From Candidatus Jorgensenbacteria bacterium GW2011_GWB1_50_10 (GTDB taxonomy: Bacteria > Patescibacteriota > Minisyncoccia > UBA6257 > GWB1-50-10), in assembly GCA_001004105.1 (NCBI GenBank), contig LCQK01000001.1:102928-166927 (forward strand): 64,000 nt of DNA. The letters are read 5' to 3'. The translations under genes were made by a program, and so were the position numbers. The notes under the pieces are model-generated. The model was given only the letters and a program-made list of their open reading frames with translations, had not been told where the DNA came from and searched no databases. Shown here piece by piece: positions 60,327-64,000 of the stretch. Within the stretch, counting starts at the first letter, position 1. Every line of letters starts with the position of its first letter.

Positions 60327-60919
60327 TTTCTGCTCTCCAAGGCACTTTTCAAAGTTTCTTCGTCGGCGAATTCAATTTCGCCGCCGGTCGGTATCCCGCG
60401 GCCGAGACGGGTGATTTTTTCGCTCATGCCGGCAAATTCGTTTTTAATGAGTTCGGCCGTGAAATCGCCGAGCGTGCTCGGACTCAAAGCAATGATTATT
60501 TCTTTTGCCTTGTCGCCCAGTTCTTTTTTGATTCTCTCTTTCAAATGCTCCAGCCGGAGTTTTTCCACGGATGTGAGCGTCCCGCTCTCGGCAAGTTCTC
60601 CCAAAACCAAATAATTGCCCCGGAAGACGCGGGCTTTTTCGAGCGAGATAAGGTCGGTTTCTTTTTCCACGATGGCGATGACGTTCTTTTCCCGGCGCGG
60701 GTCGGCGCAAATCCCGCAGAGATGACCGCCGGATTTGATGAAAAAGCAGTTGGGACAGCGGCCGATTTTTTTCAAGCCCGCAAAAGCGTCCTCTAGTTCC
60801 TTCAGATTATTCTTATCCAAGCCGGAGAGAAAAAAAGCGAGCCGGGTGGCGAGCCGTGGTCCGATGGAAGGAAGGCGGGAGAAAGCGTCAATGAATTTTC
60901 TAATCGGTTCGGGAAGCAT
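60323..60919 (-). CDS. recR: Recombination protein RecR
   Basis: LPSIG.R.A.R, C4 zinc finger, TOPRIM, GIP.GG. Confidence 0.92.
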   Translation of the reverse strand: MLPEPIRKFIDAFSRLPSIGPRLATRLAFFLSGLDKNNLKELEDAFAGLKKIGRCPNCFFIKSGGHLCGICADPRREKNVIAIVEKETDLISLEKARVFRGNYLVLGELAESGTLTSVEKLRLEHLKERIKKELGDKAKEIIIALSPSTLGDFTAELIKNEFAGMSEKITRLGRGIPTGGEIEFADEETLKSALESRN

Positions 60920-62266
60920 TTAAAGTTCTTGAGCGTGGCGGGTGTCAATATTGCGGAAGCTCACTTTTTCCTGGTCGAAGTGGAGTTTGACCGTGCCTAA
61001 AGGCCCGTTTCGGTGTTTGGCGATAATTATTTCCACCAGGTTTTGTTCTTCTTCGGGGGCGTCCAAAACGCCGCGGTCTTTGCGGTAGAGGAAAAGAACG
61101 ACGTCGGCGTCCTGTTCCAAGGAGCCCGATTCTCTTAGGTCCGAGAGCCGCGGCACCTTACCTTCGCGCTGGTCAACGGCCCGCGAGAGCTGGGAGACGG
61201 CGATGATGGGGATGTTCAGTTCCCGGGCGAGTGATTTTAGCCCCCTGGAAATTTCCGTGACTTGCGTCACCATATTGTCGGAGTCCGTCCGGGGCCGGAT
61301 GAGCTGAAGATAGTCAACGACGAGCAAGTCCAGGCCGTGTTCGATCTGGAGGCGCCGCGCCATGGAGCGCATCTGGAGAATATTGGGTGAGGGGGAATCA
61401 TCAACGAAAAGATTGGATTTGGAAACTTCATCCAGGGCCTGTTGGATTAGAGCGAATTCGGTGTCGCCTTCTAAGCGCCCGGTGCGGAGCCGCCAGAGGG
61501 GAATCTGGGCTTGGGTGGCGAGGAGCCGGTCGATAACCTGGTCGCGGGACATCTCGAGTGAAAAAACGCCGACCGAGTGGCCGCTCAAAGCTGCAGCCCT
61601 CGCGATATCCAAAACGAAGGCGGTTTTGCCGAAGGAAGGCCGGGCGCCGACGATAATCAAGTCGGATTTCTGAAGGCCGGATAAGATATTGTCCAAGCCG
61701 TGGAAATGAGTGGGGACGCCGCGCAGTTTGGCGCCGCCGCCCGCGTGAAGTTTTTCCAGCCGCTCGTAGGCGCCGGCCAATTCCTCCTTAATGTGGATGA
61801 ATTTCTGGGTGCGGCTGCGGCCCGAGATGTCAAAAACGCGCTGTTCCACCTGGTCGAGGAGTGATTCAAAGTCGTCGTGCTCGAGCGCCTTCTCGTTTAT
61901 TTCGGAGGAAGCGGCAATGAGGTCGCGCCGGACGCGGTTTTCCCGGACAATACCCGCGTAGTGGGCAATGTGGGCGGCGGTCGGGACGGATTCAATAAGT
62001 TCGGTCAAATAATCCACGCCGCCAATAAGTTTCAGTTCCTTTTTCTCCTTAAGGCGGTTCGAGACGGTCAGAACGTCAATCGGCTCGCCTTTTTCAAAAA
62101 GGTCCATGACGCTTTCGTAGATTTTCTGGTGGTGGGGCTGGTAAAAATCGTTGGCATCAATAATATCCGCGATTTTTATGATGGCGTTTTTGTCGAGCAT
62201 TAAAGAACCGAGGACGGAACGCTCGGCCTCAATGTCTTGAGGCGGAAGGCGAAGGTTCTTGACCAT
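60920..62266 (-). CDS. dnaB: Replicative DNA helicase
   Basis: GARPSFGKT, FSLEM, DYLQL, LRESGSLEQDAD. Confidence 0.96.
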   Translation of the reverse strand: MVKNLRLPPQDIEAERSVLGSLMLDKNAIIKIADIIDANDFYQPHHQKIYESVMDLFEKGEPIDVLTVSNRLKEKKELKLIGGVDYLTELIESVPTAAHIAHYAGIVRENRVRRDLIAASSEINEKALEHDDFESLLDQVEQRVFDISGRSRTQKFIHIKEELAGAYERLEKLHAGGGAKLRGVPTHFHGLDNILSGLQKSDLIIVGARPSFGKTAFVLDIARAAALSGHSVGVFSLEMSRDQVIDRLLATQAQIPLWRLRTGRLEGDTEFALIQQALDEVSKSNLFVDDSPSPNILQMRSMARRLQIEHGLDLLVVDYLQLIRPRTDSDNMVTQVTEISRGLKSLARELNIPIIAVSQLSRAVDQREGKVPRLSDLRESGSLEQDADVVLFLYRKDRGVLDAPEEEQNLVEIIIAKHRNGPLGTVKLHFDQEKVSFRNIDTRHAQEL

Positions 62267-62270
62267 GGGG

Positions 62271-63689
62271 TTAAAGACGTCTCCGGATAAAGGGCCCGAG
62301 AGGCGTATCTTCTACCTCATATCCTACACTCGTTATTTTTTTTCTCAAGGCGTCGGCGCGGGCAAACTGTTTATTCCGTCTGAATAACTCCCGAGCTTCA
62401 ACTAGTTTTCTCACTTCCGGCGGTATTTTAGGCGCCACCCGGTATTTGCCGATATCGAGTCCCAAAACCTTGTCGAATTCCGTAACCAAAAGCATTTTTT
62501 CGGGTAAGGATACGTCTTTAGCATCTATTACAGCATGAAGGACAGCTAGGGCTTTGGGTGTGTTTAAATCGCCATTTAAAGCTAATGTGAAATCACGTCT
62601 ATAGTGCTCGGCTCTCTTAGAGAGTTTGAATTTTTCAACCTTTTTATTCTTTTGCCATCTTAGTGCAAAATCAGTGATAGACCGATAAATTTTCTTTAAT
62701 GCTTCTTCCGCCGCTTCTAAGCTTCCCCAAAAGAAATCAACCTTTTTACGGTAATGCGTATTTAAAACCAAATATCGGTAAGCAATCGGGTTATAACCTT
62801 TCTTTTCCAAATCGGCGAGTGTGATGAGGTTTCCTTCAGACTTGCCCATTCTTTTTTTATTAATGACTAGAAATTCGCCGTGCATCCATATTTTAGCTAA
62901 AGGTTTATTGTAAGCCGCTTGGGATTGTGCAATTTCATTTTCATGATGAGTGCCGATGTGGTCAACGCCCCCAGTGTGAATATCAAACGGTTGCCCAAGT
63001 AACTCACGAGAAATTGCCGAGCATTCAATGTGCCAACCTGGGAAACCCTTACCCCACGGCGATGACCAACTTTGAAGATGATTTTTGAAATGACCGGCAA
63101 GCTTAAACCACAGGGCGAAATCAGCCGCGTTTCTTTTCAAGGGATCTTCAACTACTTCTTTCCGAGCGGCGGTTATTTTTGCTTTTAGCGATTGTCCGGA
63201 GAGTTTTCCGTAGTTTTTAAATTTAGTTACATCAAAGTAAACTGCCTGCGGCGTTTCGTAGGCATACCCCCTCTTAAAAAGTTCCTTTATAAGCGCCTGC
63301 ATTTCTTTTATGTGTTTAGTTGCAGGGGCAAGAATAGGCGGACGTTTAATATTGAGTTTTTCAACGTCATCCAGAAATGCACGAGTATAAAAAGCTGCTA
63401 TTTGTGCCGGCGTTTTCTTTTCGGTCCTGGCTCTTTCTTCAACTTTGTCGTTGCCAGTATCAGCATCTCCGGTCAGATGTCCGACGTCAGTGATGTTCAT
63501 CACCCGTTTTACGTTGTAGCCGTTCCACTGAAGAGTTTTCTCTAGTACGTCTTCAAAAATGTAGGTCCGAAGATTCCCTATGTGAGCGTAATTGTAGACT
63601 GTCGGACCGCAGGTGTAGAGTCCCACCCAAGATTTGTGGAGCGGCTTGAGACTTTCCTTTTTTCTGGAGAGTGAATTATAAAGTTTCAT
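62271..63689 (-). CDS. cysS: Cysteinyl-tRNA synthetase
   Basis: CGPTVY, HIGN, GWHIECS, MGKS. Confidence 0.96.
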   Translation of the reverse strand: MKLYNSLSRKKESLKPLHKSWVGLYTCGPTVYNYAHIGNLRTYIFEDVLEKTLQWNGYNVKRVMNITDVGHLTGDADTGNDKVEERARTEKKTPAQIAAFYTRAFLDDVEKLNIKRPPILAPATKHIKEMQALIKELFKRGYAYETPQAVYFDVTKFKNYGKLSGQSLKAKITAARKEVVEDPLKRNAADFALWFKLAGHFKNHLQSWSSPWGKGFPGWHIECSAISRELLGQPFDIHTGGVDHIGTHHENEIAQSQAAYNKPLAKIWMHGEFLVINKKRMGKSEGNLITLADLEKKGYNPIAYRYLVLNTHYRKKVDFFWGSLEAAEEALKKIYRSITDFALRWQKNKKVEKFKLSKRAEHYRRDFTLALNGDLNTPKALAVLHAVIDAKDVSLPEKMLLVTEFDKVLGLDIGKYRVAPKIPPEVRKLVEARELFRRNKQFARADALRKKITSVGYEVEDTPLGPFIRRRL

Positions 63690-64000
63690 TATCGACTCCA
63701 GTTCAAGATAACGTCGTCAACGCGCGGCGTCAGGTTCTGGGCGGTATTGGACTCCAGGAGCACGCGGTAACGGAGATAGCGGTTGTTTTTAATCCAGGCG
63801 CGGTCGCAGTCGGAAATTACAATCGGCGAGTCCGGTCCTGGACAAGAAGCACCGAAATATCCTCCGGTGTCACCCGAACCGTCGCAGGCGGCATCCGGCC
63901 CCCAATAGTTCCACGGGCCGCCGGAGGAGTTAGAAACCGCAATCTGGAATTTGGTGCAGGTGCCAGATGGTTGTGAGCCCTGCCAGATGACGCTGTTTAA
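63689..64000 (-). CDS. 3' end of a hypothetical protein (partial)
   Basis: Open minus frame ...RYLRYRVLL...TPRVDDVILNWSR*; stop overlaps cysS start. Confidence 0.7.
   Translation of the reverse strand, partial: LNSVIWQGSQPSGTCTKFQIAVSNSSGGPWNYWGPDAACDGSGDTGGYFGASCPGPDSPIVISDCDRAWIKNNRYLRYRVLLESNTAQNLTPRVDDVILNWSR

Noticed and set aside
63671-63976. 101-aa plus-strand ORF
   Set aside because: The minus-strand partial frame coupled to cysS is more plausible.

Overview
64 kb of a bacterial chromosome that looks like Patescibacteria/CPR (Parcubacteria-like). This is inferred from gene content, leaderless genes and typical CPR repeat proteins. The core contains a complete type IV pilus/competence locus (comF, pilM/N/O/B/T/C/D, six pilins), ligA, gatCA, recG, a CCA-adding enzyme, truB, a glycerate kinase-ppsA-hydroxyacid dehydrogenase-enolase cluster, rplU, recR, dnaB, cysS and seven tRNA or tRNA-like genes. 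Interspersed are many self-contained accessory cassettes (own -35/-10 promoter, Shine-Dalgarno site, GC-rich gene, related terminator hairpins) at 0.1-4.4 kb and 33.8-47.2 kb. A defence-rich island (HTH-Doc, AbiEi/AbiEii, TaqI-like REase plus LexA-MTase fusion, PD-(D/E)xK nucleases, RelE) has its modules separated by duplicated promoter or junction sequences. Top leads: (1) a non-canonical initiator-like tRNA(CAU) co-transcribed with a divergent monomeric PheRS-like enzyme; (2) a cassette-stacking architecture marked by promoter duplications with no integrase in the window; (3) a ~340-nt structured ncRNA with its own promoter and terminator; (4) outer-membrane beta-barrel-like genes in a lineage thought to lack an outer membrane. 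All calls come from reading the sequence; no searches were run.
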